Source: Vicugna vicugna
Taxonomy: Eukaryota
Direction of reading: 5' to 3'
DNA length: 64,000 nucleotides
NCBI GenBank assembly: GCA_013265495.1
Contig: MU058781.1
Span: 8,289,009 to 8,353,008, forward strand
The translations under genes were made by a program, and so were the position numbers. The notes beneath the pieces were generated by a model. That model saw only the letters and a list, made by a program, of their open reading frames with translations. It searched no databases and was not told the origin of the DNA. Positions 24,966 through 38,305 of the stretch are shown here, piece after piece. Numbering within the stretch: the first letter of the stretch is position 1; the number at the start of each line of letters is the position of its first letter.

Positions 24966-26275
24966 TGTACTCTTTAAACAACAGCTCCCTTTGTCCCCTC
25001 CCCCCAGCCCCTGGTAACCACCATTCTACTTTCCACTTCTATGAACTTGACTACTTTTAGCTACCTCATGTAAGTGGAATCATCCAATATTTTTCTTTTG
25101 GTTACTGGCTTATTTCATGAAGCATAATGTCTTCAAGTTTCATCCAGGTTGCAACATGTGACAGGATTTGCTTTCTTTTTAAGGCTGAACAATATTCCAC
25201 TATATGTACAGACCACATTTTGTTTAGCCATTTATCTGTTGATGGACACAGGCTCTTTTCACCTCTTTGCTATGGTGAATAGTGCTGCTATCAAAATGGG
25301 TGTGCAATTTCTTTGAGACCCTACCTTCAATCTTTTGGATATACACCCAGATGCGGGATTGCTGAAACATATAGTAGTTCCATTTTTTTTAAATTGAAGT
25401 ATAGTCAGTTACAATGTGTCAATTTCTGGTGCACAGCATGTTTCAGTCACACATATACATACATATATCCGTTTTCATATCCTTTTTCATTATAGGTTAC
25501 TACATGGTAGTTCTATTTTTAATTTTTTGAGGAACTGTTTTCCATAGAAGTTGTGTCATTTACAGTCCCACCAACAGTGTACAAGACTTCCAATTTCTCT
25601 ACATCCTCACCAACACTTGTTATTTTCTGTTTTGTTTTTATTCAGTAGTAGCCATCCTCATGAGTAATATCTCATTGTAGTTTTGATTTTCATTTCTCTA
25701 ATAGTAATGTGGAGCACTTTTTCATTTATTTCTTGGCCATTTTACATCATCTTTAAAGAAACATCTGTTCAATTCCTTTATTCTTTTTTTGGTCAGGTTA
25801 TCTGATTATTTGTAGTTGAAATGTAGGAGTTCTTTATATATTCTGGATATATCAGATACACGATTTGCAAATTTTTTCTTCCATTCCATTGGTTGTCTTT
25901 TCACTCTATTGATCGTATCCTTTGATGCACAAAAGTGTTAAAGTTTGATGTAGTTTCATTTCTCTCTTTTCACTTTTGTTGCCTGTGCTTTTTTGTTATA
26001 TCTAAAAAAATCACTGCCATGTCCAATGTCATGAAGTTTTTCCTTTATGTTTTCTTCTAGTTTTCCAGTTTTTGGTCTTATGTTTATGTCTTTAATCCAT
26101 TTTGAGTTAATTTTTGGATATGGCGGGAGATAGAGGCCCAACTTCAGTTTCTTGCATATGGATTTCCAGCTTCTCAGCGCAATCTTAGACTGTCCTTTTC
26201 ACATTGAGTGGTCTTGACACCCATTCGAAGATCTTTTGACCACATATGTGATGGTTTATTGGAATTCCCTCATTT
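24965..26275 (-). mobile_element. Old L1 ORF2 3' region with a nested younger L1 tail (~25388-25503)
   Basis: Peptide [19 protein letters not shown]; nested tail flanked by atagtagttccattttt / atggtagttctattttt. Confidence 0.85.
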
Positions 26276-26514
26276 TTAATGTAAAATAATTGAACTATCT
26301 CTTTATTTGCCAAGCTCTTTAAAATCCTGCCTATAAATGGGCTTATTATTTTCCTACATAAAGACAACTATTTTATCAACTCTATTATGAATTTTCTCCC
26401 TGAAAGGAATTCTCCTGCCAGCTGTGAAAATTTTAGATTTTCCCCCTACTGTGACCCCTAGGAACCCAGTCTTCCCAGGCTGAAGTTTCTGTGTAAGTGT
26501 GTGAGAAACAAAAC

Positions 26515-26790
26515 TGGGTAACAAACTAGTGGTTACCAATGGGAAGAGGGAAGCAGGGAGGGGCAAATTAGGGATATGGGATTAAGAGGTACAAACTACT
26601 ATGTATATAATAGATAAGCAACAAAGATATATTGTATAGCACAGGAAATTATAGCCATTATCTTGTAATAACTTTTAATGGAGTATCATCCGTAAAAACA
26701 CTGAATCACTATGCTGTACACTGAAATGAATATAAAATTGTAAATGAACTATACTTGAGTAAAAAATAGACAGGAACAAAAAAATAAAAA
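26515..26790 (+). mobile_element. L1 3' UTR end
   Basis: aacaaactagtggttacc...aagaggtacaaactactatg...A-rich tail. Confidence 0.8.
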
Positions 26791-27701
26791 GTAAACTATA
26801 TTCTCAAGTGAAAGCAACGATAAAATTAAAATTCCTGTGGTTGTAAGGTTTATCAAGTGTGCTAGCTCCCTGGGAATCCTTCAATTAAATTCTAAAAATC
26901 TTCATTGAGTGCCTACTATCAATTAATCAGCAAGTACTCCTCTAAATGGAAAAAGACTCTTGGGAAGTATTCAAGGAGAAATTCTGATTTCATAATTGCA
27001 AGTGTTCACCAAAGGGTTGGGGGGAGGTGGGTATCTTAAAAAATAGTTTCAATTGCAGGCTCTATTTAACTCAGATTTTTAAAAAAATATTTGGGAAAGG
27101 TGGAAGGAGGGAGACAACCAAGCACAAGCAAAATGATACTGATTTGTAAGAAACAGCAGGAAGTCCAAAATCTAGTGTTCTTGGAGACTTGCCTTGTGAG
27201 ATGTAGCATCAAATAAAGAAGGAAGAGGGAGGCCACAAGTTCAGACAGAACTGGATGCACTTGGGAATCTGAGTCTATTTCCTTATCTGTAAAATGGATA
27301 TAATGACTCTTCCTAGAGAGACTGGGGTCACATCAGATAAAGTCCCTGGTGCTAAGTAGTCACTCAACAGATTCCCCTTCCTCCCCCAACAGGCCTCACC
27401 TTACAGACATTTTTATCAATGACTTGTCTGAAGTCAAGGATACGTTCACTTGAGATCACAAATGATATGAAACTCAAAGAGTAGGAACTATATTGGATGA
27501 AAGTTCAAGTTCAGAAAGGTCTCCTACTACTTGCTATGTGATCTGTGGCATGTGTTAAGCAATTTGAACCTCAGTTGGCTTCATCTATACAATTAGGATA
27601 ATTATTTTTGCCAATTTTGCAGATTAGGGTGAAGAGCCAATCATATCAGCTTTGTGAAAGCTTATCTAAACCATAAAGCACTGTATAAATCAGTGGTCGC
27701 T

Positions 27702-27958
27702 CAAGGGTGCCATGTTTATATGTGTGAGTGGTGCACTGCACAAAGGACTGCATTTAAAGGTACCACTCACTTCATAGACATCAAAGATTTGTATTCTAGG
27801 GCAACAATTTTCTGACTGGTGGCAAAAAAAGTGCCTTGTGCTACAAAATTGGTACATTGAATGATTTTCCACAGAAGATAGTAAAGTATCTTGAAAGGGG
27901 CTGTATTTTTTTCTAATTTTTTTCCACAAAAGCACTTTGTAGGCTAGCAGTGTCCCTG
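27702..27958. mobile_element. MER91/Zaphod-like hAT-Tip100 remnant
   Basis: caagggtgccatg...gtgcactgcacaa start and gcagtgtccctg end resemble recalled MER91 ends. Confidence 0.45.
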
Positions 27959-28139
27959 TGGCCATTTATCCCAACTATCTCCAAAAGACAGAATAAAACT
28001 ATTTCATAAAAACAATGGAGAAGAGTATTAGTGACAATTATAACTTTGAAAATAAAATGAATGGAGTAAGCTTCCTGTCCCCTGGGGTATTCAAGAAAAG
28101 ACTGACTCACCATTAATGAAGGACATTATATTAAAAAAT

Positions 28140-29232
28140 CTCTAGATCTTCAGACTATACTACAGCTACAGATAAAGCTACAGTAATCAAAGCAGCATGG
28201 CACTGTCACAAAAAGAGACACATAGATCGATGGAGCAGGACAGAAAGCCCAGAATAAACCCAGGCACTTATGGTCAATAAATCTTCGACAAAGGGGGCAA
28301 GAAAACACAATGGAGAAAAAGGCAATCTCTTCAATAAGTGGTGCTGGGAAAACTGGACAGCTACATGAAAGAGGATGACATTAGAACACTCTCTAACACC
28401 ATACACAAAAATAAACTCAAAATGGATTAAAGACCTAAATGTAAGACCAGATGCTATAAAACTCCTGGGGAAAGGATGCTCTTTGACATAATCACAGCAA
28501 TAATGTTTTGTATCCATCTCCTAGAGTAGCGGAAATAAGAGCAAAAATAAACAAATGGGACCTCATTAAACTTAAAAGCATTTGCACAACAAAGGAAAAC
28601 ATAAACAAAATGAAAAGACAACCAACAGAATGGGAAAAAAATTTGCAAAAAATGTGACTGACAAGGAATTAATTTCCAAAATATACAAACACTCAATATC
28701 AACAAACAAATAAACAACCCAATCCAAAAATGGGCAGAAGACCTAAACAAAGATTTCTCCAAAGAAGAAATACAGATGGCTAAGAGGCACATGAAAAGAT
28801 GCTCAACATTGTTAATTATTTGATAAATGCAAATCAAAACCACAATGAGGTTATCACCTCATAACAGTCAGAATAGCCATCCTCAAAGAAATAATAAATG
28901 CTAGAGAAGGCGTGGAGAAAAGGGAACCCTCCTACACTGTTGGTGGGAATGTACATTGGTGGAGTGACTGTAAAGAACAGTACGGAGGTTCCTTAAAAAA
29001 TTAAAAATACTTACTACATGATCCAGCAATCACACTCCTGGGCGTATATCTGGAGAAAACTCTAACTTGAATAGATACATACACCCCAGTGTCCACTGCA
29101 GCACTATTTATAATAGCCAAGACATGGAAGCAAGCTAAATGTCCATCAACAGATGACTGGATAAAGAAGATGTGGTATGTATGTGTATATGTGTATGTAT
29201 ATATATATACATGTATATACACACAATGGAGT
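28140..29232 (+). mobile_element. L1 ORF2 3' region lacking 3' UTR and tail
   Basis: Continuous ORF2 similarity (aaatggattaaagacctaaatgtaagacc; aaatgtccatcaacagatgactggataaagaag) ending abruptly after acacaatgga. Confidence 0.88.
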
Positions 29233-30060
29233 CAGTCAAATTCTCCACGAAATTATGGGAACTGAAACAGAGGATCGACATTGTGGGTGCTGAGAGAGAA
29301 CAGAGAGCATTTCATGGGAGAAGCAACTCTAGAGAAAAGGGTCTGGAGAGCAGATGGACGACTAGGAGATCTCCAAGAGTTGGGTCTTTACAGTTAATTT
29401 CTCATTTAAATCACCAGTATTTTCCTTCCAAAACAGAACCAAAAGCAAAGGGGACAACTGGAGCATAAAATCTGGGCAGGACAGTGGTCATCCTGGAACA
29501 ATTAAGATACAGGTAAGATGAGAAGTGTCTGGATAAAGTTTCCACCTTCGTCCCCAAGCCAGGTGTATTTTAAAAGCATCTTTATCACAGCCACCCCTCT
29601 GCTACGGCAAACCTCAAAGCAGGCTCAGACCTGACCAGTATCAGAACGATCTCAAGTACCTGTCAAAAAGGCAGATTTGGGGGAGATGGGGGCTTCATAG
29701 CAGATCTTCCAAAGCAGAATGGCTAGTGTTGGGGGCCAGGAATCTTCACCTTAACCAAAATTCCCCAAGGAGATGAAATTGAGAGTCAGGGAGGCAGGTG
29801 GCACAAACCCTTCCCTGTGAGAGAGAGAGATCACTGAAAACAGAATAAAGACTCACCATCGGGTGAAGGGCAATGAATTGGAACAACAGGAAGAAAATAT
29901 GAAGAAGGAAAGCTTTCTGTTTCCCAGCATTGTGGCCACTGCTGAAAGGAGCCTTGAGAAACATGTGTCGCTCATAGATATTTAGCCTTCTTAGATTTCT
30001 GTCTTCAGACCCAAACTTTTGTGTTGCCAACTACTTGGCTATCTTCAAAATAGAAAAAGG

Positions 30061-30197
30061 TGGGGGGGTTGGCATAGGGGTATAGCTCAGTGGTAGGGTG
30101 CCTGATTAGCGTGCACAAGGTCCTGGGTTCAACCCCCTATAAATAGATAAATAAACCTAATTACCTCCCCCAAAAAAATAAAAAATAAAAATTAAAA
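30061..30197 (+). mobile_element. tRNA-derived SINE (Vic-1-like)
   Basis: A-box tatagctcagtggtag, B-box ggttcaacc; perfect 14-bp TSD aaaatagaaaaagg at 30047-30060 / 30198-30211. Confidence 0.88.
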
Positions 30198-31119
30198 AAA
30201 ATAGAAAAAGGACTGTATTTCGCTCTGAAGCAGTATCACTTTAATCATTCCATCCTTTCTATAGCCATGGGGGAAATATGTATTACTTGCAGGTAGGGGA
30301 AGAGTAGCCACAGCATTTAAAGGGAGCAGATACCTCCTTAAGCACACGGTCATCTCTTCACCAATGGCTGCTGTAAATTCCCGGCAGATTGTAAGAAAAG
30401 CAGTAACAGTGATGCTCACTGGATATAGCTTAAAAGGCTTTTAGTTAAAAAGAAAAAGAAAAGGAAAAGAAAGAAAGCAACAACTATATTACTATGCCTG
30501 CCATTTTGAAATTCTATTCCAGATGGGCACTTGAATATGGCTCAGGATTCAAAATACCTTTTAAAATCCTTTAAAGTTTCAGCACTTCTTGCTAGCACCA
30601 TCTGCGTAGAGGAACACTGTTTTCACATTACCACATTGTACCACACCTATCTAGAGTATTTTGCTTCTAACAGGTGTGGCCTTGGCCACACCTAAGTCTC
30701 TTTTTGTTTTCAACCCAAGTGGGAATTTCGTGGCTGGAGACCAATTCTTTTCATTCTTTGGAGCTTCATCAAGATTAGCTGAGCTACTTTTTCAAACCTA
30801 GGCTTCCTCCCACTCGGCTGGGCATCTAATGGGGGCTACTTTCCAGGGCCATAAAGAAACTTCTGTGTCTTTCTCTTCCTTTCACTTCTTTAAATTTCAT
30901 TTCATGGTTCATTTTCTTAGAAGATCCCACCTGTTTTTCAAACTCTCAAGCCAACGCTTGAGTCATGCAGTCTCCCAGGGTAATTTTTATGTGTGTTTAG
31001 CTTTAAACCAAAGTTCACAGCATTGGCTACACATCAGAATCACCTGGGGGGAGCTTTTTATAAATTACTGATGCCAGGGCTCTCTTCCAGGCCAATTAAA
31101 CCAAAATCTCCTGAGGTGA

Positions 31120-33115
31120 TTCCCCAGCAAGATATAGACAAGCTTGTTCTAAAATTTATATGTAAAGGCAAAGGACCGAGAATAACTAGGGCAATTTTGA
31201 AAAAGAAGAATAAATTGGAAGGAGTCACTCCACCTGATATTAAGGCTTATATATAAATAGCCAAGTAATCAAGATGGTGTGGGACTGATGGAGGAACAGA
31301 TACACAGATCAACGGAACAGAAGAGAACTCAGAAGTAGATTCACATAAATATGCCCAACTGACTTTTGACAAAGATGGAAGAACAATTCAAGTGAGAAAG
31401 GATAGCCTTTTCAGGAGATGGTACCGGAACAAACAGACATGCACAGGCAAAAACTGAATCTGAGACTAAACCTCTTATCTTATACAAAAATTAACTCCAA
31501 GTGGTTCACAGACTTAAATATAAAACTATAAACCTTTCAGAAAAAAAAGTAAGAGAAAACCTTCAGGACCTCGGGCTAGGTGAAGCGTTCTTAGGCTGGA
31601 TGCCAAAAGCATGATCCTTAAAAAAGATTTTGGATCTCATTGAAATTAAAACTTTTTACTCTGTGAAAGACCCTTAAAGGAGAATAAAAAGACAAGCTAC
31701 AGAGTGAGATAAAATATTCACGAACCAAATATCCAACAAGAGTTGTTTCTAGAAAAATATAAAGAACCCTGAAAACTCATGATAAAAAGTGAACAATCCA
31801 ATTTTAAAATGGGTCAAAGTCATGAAAGGACATTTCGCCTAAGAGGGTGTATAGATGGTGAATAAGCACATGAAAAGTTGTTCAACATATTTAGCAATGA
31901 GGGGACTGCAAATTAAAACCATGAAATATCACTATACCCCTACCAGAATGGCTAATTAAAAAAAAAGAAAAAAGAAGGCACTAATGAACATATCTACAAA
32001 ATGGAAACAGACAGACATAGTAAACAAACCTATGGTTACCGGGGGGAAAGGGGTGGGAAGGGACAAACTGGGAGTTCAAAAGTTGCTAATATTAACTACT
32101 ATATATAAAACAGATTTTAAAAAACAAATTTCTTCTGTATAGCACAGGGAACCATATTCAATATTTTTAATGAAATCTTTAACCAAAAAGAATATGAAAA
32201 CGAATATATGGATATATATACGTGACAGGGACATGATGCTATACATCAGAAATTGACACATTGTAACTGATTATACTTCAATTAAAAAAAAGTGACACCA
32301 TCAAATGTTGGAAAGAATGGGGAGAAACGACCACTCATACATTCTTGGTGGGTGTGTAAGATGGTACAGCACTCTGGAAAATAGTTTAACAGCTTTTTAT
32401 AAAACTAAGCATGTACTTACCATATGAGCCAGCAAGTCCATACCTGGTTATTTATTCCAGAGGAATGAAAACTTAGGTTCCCATTAAAACCTGCACATAA
32501 ATGTTTGTAGCAGCTGTATTCATAACAGCCCCAAACTGGAAACAATCCAAATCTCCTTCAGTGGGTGAATGGTAAAACAGACTGGGAAACACCCACCCCA
32601 TGGGTACGATACAACAATAGGGAACCAACTGTGGATACATCAACAGCTTAGGTGGATCTCAAGGGAATTATGCTGAGTGAAAAAAAGCCAGCCTTAAAAC
32701 ATCACATACTATATGATCCCATTTACATAACACTCTCGAAGTACCAAATTACAAGGCTGGAGAACAGATCAGTGGTTGCCAGGGATGAGATGTGGGAGAG
32801 CAGCATGAGGGAGCATTACCCCGTGGTGATGGCATAGTTCTGTATGTATATTGTGGTGGTGGTTTCACGATTCTATGCATGTGCTAAAATGCACAGAAAC
32901 ACACACACATAAGCGTATATAACACTCATGAAATCTGAATCAGCTCTTGTACACTGTACCAATATAATTTTCCTAGAGTTGATATTGTATTATATTTAAC
33001 GCAAGATTATCATTGGGGGGTTTATCATTACACAGGCTCTCCCTGTAGATTTTTTCCCAATTTCCTGTGAATTTATAATTATTTCAAAGTAAAAGTTTTA
33101 AGCAAGAAAAAAAGT
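31120..33115 (+). mobile_element. Old L1 (L1MC-like) inside a MER5-like element, with a nested young L1 tail (~31970-32290)
   Basis: ORF2 peptide IDKLVLKFICKGKGPRITRAILKKKNKLEG; L1MC-type 3' end; MER5-like sequence on both sides (31005-31119, 33124-33250). Confidence 0.85.
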
Positions 33116-35399
33116 GCATTAATAAAATGCTGGTATTTGGGCCCTCTTCCAGGCAAAGTAGATGAAAATCTCCTGGGGTAAGACAGGCCACTAGTATTTT
33201 TTAAACCCTCTCCAGATTATTCCAGTGTGCACTCAGGGTTGAACCACAGTTTTAAGCGAGCGTGGATTTCCAAAAATATGTAAATTACAAAGATGATAAC
33301 TGTCTTTATTAAAAGACTGTTTACAATAGCAAATTGATCGTAGGCAGTTTTTTCAAGAAGTCATCCGTCTAAATCACTTAAGAAATCTAATTTACACATC
33401 ATCTTTTAGGAACACGCATGTCTAGCGTTCATGCTGAAGCATGTGATCAGTGGTAAGGAGCTATTGCTATAAAGGAAAATGAGTAGTTTTAAATAGACGT
33501 ATTATCTGCAAGTGAGTGTTATCTTTCGTGGTCATCTTTGGAAATATTACCATTATGAGCACAGTGTTCAAAATGGTACTAGAATTTCCTTGTTACAATG
33601 CCTCAGATTCATCCCTAGTATTTGCAAAGCCTGGAGCAAGAGTGGAAATTCAGTTCCACATAGCATGTGTATTAATAATTAAAAGTTATAAATCAAACCA
33701 ACAATTAAATAAAATATGCTCTATTCTTCTCATCTGACAAATATACTTTTGTAGTAAAAAGAAAAATACTGCCTGTAAAGCCGTGGTTTTTTATATGTCT
33801 AAAAGTCAGTAACTGAGTTTAACTATCATTTGCATAAGTTTGTATATTTTGCTCATAGGTTAGCAAACTTGGATAAGTAAAAAAATAAAGACATATAATT
33901 TATAAATTCATTTCAGAATTTTTCTTTTCATTTACTACCTCTTAGGAAAAAAAAATCACTGGCTATGTGGTGCTAATCAAGATTTTCACATAATTTGTAT
34001 TCTATTGATGCTAGTGATTTAAAGGATTAAAAAGTCAAAAAGTATTTGTAATCAAAGTATTTATTATTTGAATGCATTTTCATAAAAATGTAAATTAAAG
34101 TAACAGTTAAAAATCAAAATGTTACAATTTTTACATGTGTACTTTCCAAAAAAGTCATTTTTCTTCCGAACTTTTAAAATCATTTACTGAGATACTGGGA
34201 GGTTACAAATTACAATGAACGAATATTAAAATTTAAATCAAATTATTTGAAGTTGGCTTTTTTGAGATTTTAAACAAACATTATTAAATATTTATAAAAA
34301 CACAACCACTCACAATTTTAGTCTTCAGTGTCCATCTACTAGCTAATGTAAAGAATTAGAATCATACTGCATACACGTTACATCCAGACCTACATCTGTA
34401 TTTATAAGTCATATGAATTACTCAATATTGCAAAATCTTCCTCAGCTACCATGTGTAATTCTTGTGAACAGTCTCCTCCATCACAAATTGCAACATAAAG
34501 AGGGGCTGAAAATACACAGTGAACACTACCTGGGAAATGAATCTTCCTTCAGGAAGAATCTATTTTATGCAGCTCTCTGAGAAACTGTATTTGACTAGTT
34601 TATTAATTTCTCTTAATGGCTACTGCTTGCAGTCGCCTGACTCTCCAAAGTGGTGTTGGCAGAGGTACCACCTCACAGCACTGGGGTCTGAACAGTGTTA
34701 ATCATGGGGGCAGATGATTTATGGATGTGAGTTACTGTACCAGTACTGAGCACTAGACTCTGAGCAATAGAGGCTCCACATGTCTTCATTCTTTAGTGCA
34801 TTTGTGATATATGCAGTGCCCTCTAAATCATGGGCCCAATATCTGGGTCCTCTTACCCAGAACTAGAGTCAGTCTGGCCACATACATAAAATAAGTCTCA
34901 TTTTATTGTTTATATCTTGGTTGTGCATGTGACCCATTGGATTACCAACTTTATCTACCGCCCTGGGATCAAGGTAACTTCTGTTCTAAAAATTATGCCT
35001 GTCCACAAACGATGGTCTTTTTACCATAGAAAGATTTCCAAAGAATATGCCAGAGACTCAAAAGAAGAATCCAAAACAATTTGATCAGTGGCAGCATTCC
35101 TGGAATATCAGTGTAAATTCATAAGGTAAAGCACTACTAAATAAAAATATTTATTTGTTTATTACATGTCGTGTCATTTTTAAACGCTATCTTGAAAGCT
35201 CAGGAGCGCATGGCTACCACCCTGCAGAAACTGGATGAGTCTCAGAGAGCCCCTGTGTTCTCTGTTTTTATGTGGGGTTTCAGAAAAATTCCCTTTGCCA
35301 CTACTGTCATCTCCTTTTGCGTTCTTTCCATTATTTTTCTGTACACATTATTTCCCACAATTGTCATTATAAGTATATACATAAAAATTGTATATTCTA

Positions 35400-35994
35400 A
35401 TCATCAACAAAGAGATAATCTACAGAATGGAAAAAAAATTTGCAAATCATATATCTAATAAGGGGTTAATACCCAAAACATATAAAGAATTCATACAACA
35501 CAACGGCAAGAAACAAATGACTCAATTAAAAAAATAGGCAAAGGAGATGAATAGACATTTCTCTAAGGAAGACATACACTAGGCCAACAGGTACATGAAA
35601 AGGTGCTGGACATCACTAGTCTCTAGGGAAATGCAAATTAAAACCTCCATGAGATAACACCTCACACCCATTAAAATGGCCATCGTAGAAAGGTAAGAGA
35701 TAAAAAGTGCTGGCTGGGATGTGGAGAAAAGGGAACCCTTGTTCACCATTGGTGGAACTGTAAATTGGTGCCACTACTATGGAAAACAATATGGAGGATC
35801 CTCAAAAAAAAATTAAAAATAGAACTACTATGCTAGCAATTCCACCTCTTGGAATGTATCCAAAGGTAACGAAAACACTAACTTGAAATGATACATACAC
35901 CCCCATGTTCACAGCAGTGTTATTTACAATAGCCAAGGATGGAAACTACCTGAGTGTCCATCAATGGATGAATGGATAAAGTTGTGGCATATAT

Positions 35995-36040
<46 letters not shown>

Positions 36041-36500
36041 TGGAACATAGCATAGCCATTTTTAAAAAACAAGGAAATCCTACCATTTGCAACAACATGG
36101 ATGGACCTTAAAGGCATGTGCTACAACCTCATAGAGAAAGGGATCTGACTTGCGGGAGAGGGATTGCAAGAAGATGGTCAAAAGGTCCGAACTTCCAGTT
36201 CCAAGATAAGTAATTACTAGGGATGGAATGCACAACACGATGACTAGAGCTGCCACTGCTGTATTATATACAGGGAAGCTGTTAAGAGTAAATCCTAAGA
36301 GTTCTAATCATAAGGAGAAAAAATTTTTTTTCTTTATTCTTTTCTTTTTTCTTTTCTTTTTATTGTATCTATCTGAGAAGACAGATGTTAGCTGAACCTA
36401 TTGTGGTACTCATTTCACAATATATGTAAACCAAACCATCAGGCTGTACACCTTAAACTTACGCATTGATGTATGTCAATTATTTCTCAATAAAACTGGG
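35400..36500 (+). mobile_element. L1 ORF2 end and 3' UTR with an internal (CA)n
   Basis: Typical L1 3' motifs ending tcaattatttctcaataaaactgg. Confidence 0.85.
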
Positions 36501-37523
36501 AGGGAAAAGCCTCTAACGCTGTCAGCCCTCTCCCCAAACAAAACAAAGAGCATACAAACAAAAAAAACACTAGCAGGATTCCTGGAGTACATGAAGACTT
36601 TTTGCCACTGAAAATTACCTGGCCCAAGACCGTATACTGGTTCCCACATTTTTTTTAACATCACTGTGCTTGCTGATTAGATGCTCTTTCAAGCTGCCTG
36701 AGTAAGATGCTGAGGTCCCAAACGGCTGTCAGCCTTATCATCACTAGCCCTGAAGGGCTCCTCTGGAAAGAACTTCTCACACTTGACACGTCCCTGCTCT
36801 TTGCAAATTATTTTAAATGACTTCTTAATTGGAAGCACTACCTCACTCATTGCTGATGAAGCAGGCAGGAGCTGCAGAGCCGTCAGGAGATCGTGATGGT
36901 GCTGATTCCCCTTTTCCTCTCTGAGGACCCCTGTTTCTAACTGAAGTGCTTGTGTCTACTCTTCAGCCAGTCTTGTGTTCTTTACAATAAAACGTGAATT
37001 ATTTATCTCTAGGTTGTGGATTTTTGCAGGCATCAGAAAACTCAGCTCTAGTTATCCTTATTTAATGATTTTCCTTCTCTACCAATGACTTCTGACAGGC
37101 ATAGAGAAGAGATTATTTCTTTTGGGAAGAATTATCTATGTAGTTTGTCTGCAATCCACACAGAGTTTCCTGTATGTTGTGGAAAGGTATTGAGTAATTT
37201 AACATTAGGAAAACTTCTGGTGAAAACTCAGTAAGAAAGCATCGCCAAATTCAAATTTTTCCCACACTAGTTAGGAAAATATAGAACTCAGCCTACCTTC
37301 ATTAAGAATTTGCTTAGATCAACTATACCTCAATAAAAAAAATGTTAAATAAGAAAAGAGAAGTATTTGTGAAAGAGATAAATGAATGAATAAATAATAA
37401 AACTACCATTCCAAAGGAATTTTGAAAAGAATTTGTTTAAATTTTTCAAAACTGTTCAAAATTTCGTTCAAAATTTCGTTCAAAATTTGAGATTTGCAAT
37501 TTCTTAAATTAAAGAAATAATTA

Positions 37524-37630
37524 GTGCTTGCTTCAGCAGCACATACACTAAAATTGGAATGATACAGAGAAGATTATCATGGTCCCTGCGCAAGGATGAC
37601 ATGCAAATTCGTGAAGCATTCCATTTTTTT
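37524..37630 (+). pseudogene. RNU6: Full-length U6 snRNA retropseudogene (5' part of a U6-L1 chimera)
   Basis: gtgcttgcttcagcagcacatacactaaaattggaatgatacagagaagatta...caaggatgacatgcaaattcgtgaagcattccattttt matches U6, including the ACAGAGA box, with mainly CpG-decay changes. AT-rich flank, no evident PSE. Confidence 0.95.
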
Positions 37631-37840
37631 TTGAGATTTGCAGATTAACTACTATATATAAAATAGATAAACAACAAGGTTAAACTGTAGAGCACAGAGA
37701 ACTATGTTCAATATCTTGTTGTAACCTATAATGAAAAAGAATATGGAAAGGAATCGATGTATGTACATGTATGACTGAAGCATTACATTGTACACCAGAA
37801 ACTGACACATTATAAACTGACTATACTTCAATAAAATTAA
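37631..37840 (+). mobile_element. L1 3' UTR end fused to U6
   Basis: Same L1 3' terminus as at 22200-22425 and 50770-50965; AATAAA and A-tail; TSD at 37511-37523 / 37841-37853. Confidence 0.9.
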
Positions 37841-37999
37841 AAAAAAATAATTATATATTCTTATTAGCCACTGAAGTTCTTTCTGGCTCTGCTCATTTTA
37901 CTTGTTTGAGCAATACTTTGCAAGCTACAGATATGCCCAATTATTTTCTGAGAATTATTTTTTCAAGTACTTAAAGGGAAAAAAATGAAGAAAAAAGTT

Positions 38000-38305
38000 G
38001 TATAAACTTAAAATTGTTCAAGATCTATACACTGAAAACTATAAAACACATAAAAACAAAGAAAAATTAAAGAAGGTTTAAGGGGACAAATGGAGAGGTT
38101 ATACTTCGTTCATGAATTGGAAGACTCAATATTTGTTAAGATGGCAGTTCTTCCCAAATTGGTCTGCAGATTCAACAGAATTCCCGTTTAAATTCCAGTT
38201 CTCTTTTTGTCAAAATTTATAAGTTTTTTTTAATCTTATATGGAATTGCAAAAGAACTAAAATACCCAAAGCAATTTTTAGAAACAGCAAAGTTGGACAT
38301 TTGGA
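38000..38305 (+). mobile_element. Old L1 ORF2 fragment
   Basis: ttggaagactcaatatttgttaagatggcagttcttcccaaattg motif. Confidence 0.75.

Noticed and set aside
30075..30140. tRNA gene (also ~40955 and ~54840)
   Set aside because: A/B boxes belong to SINE heads with A-rich tails (and clear TSDs at the 30061 and 54830 copies).
33414..33446. p53 response element (three CATG cores)
   Set aside because: Flanks fit RRRCWWGYYY poorly.
37524..37630. Functional U6 gene
   Set aside because: CpG-decayed, fused to L1, TSD-flanked, no evident upstream promoter elements.
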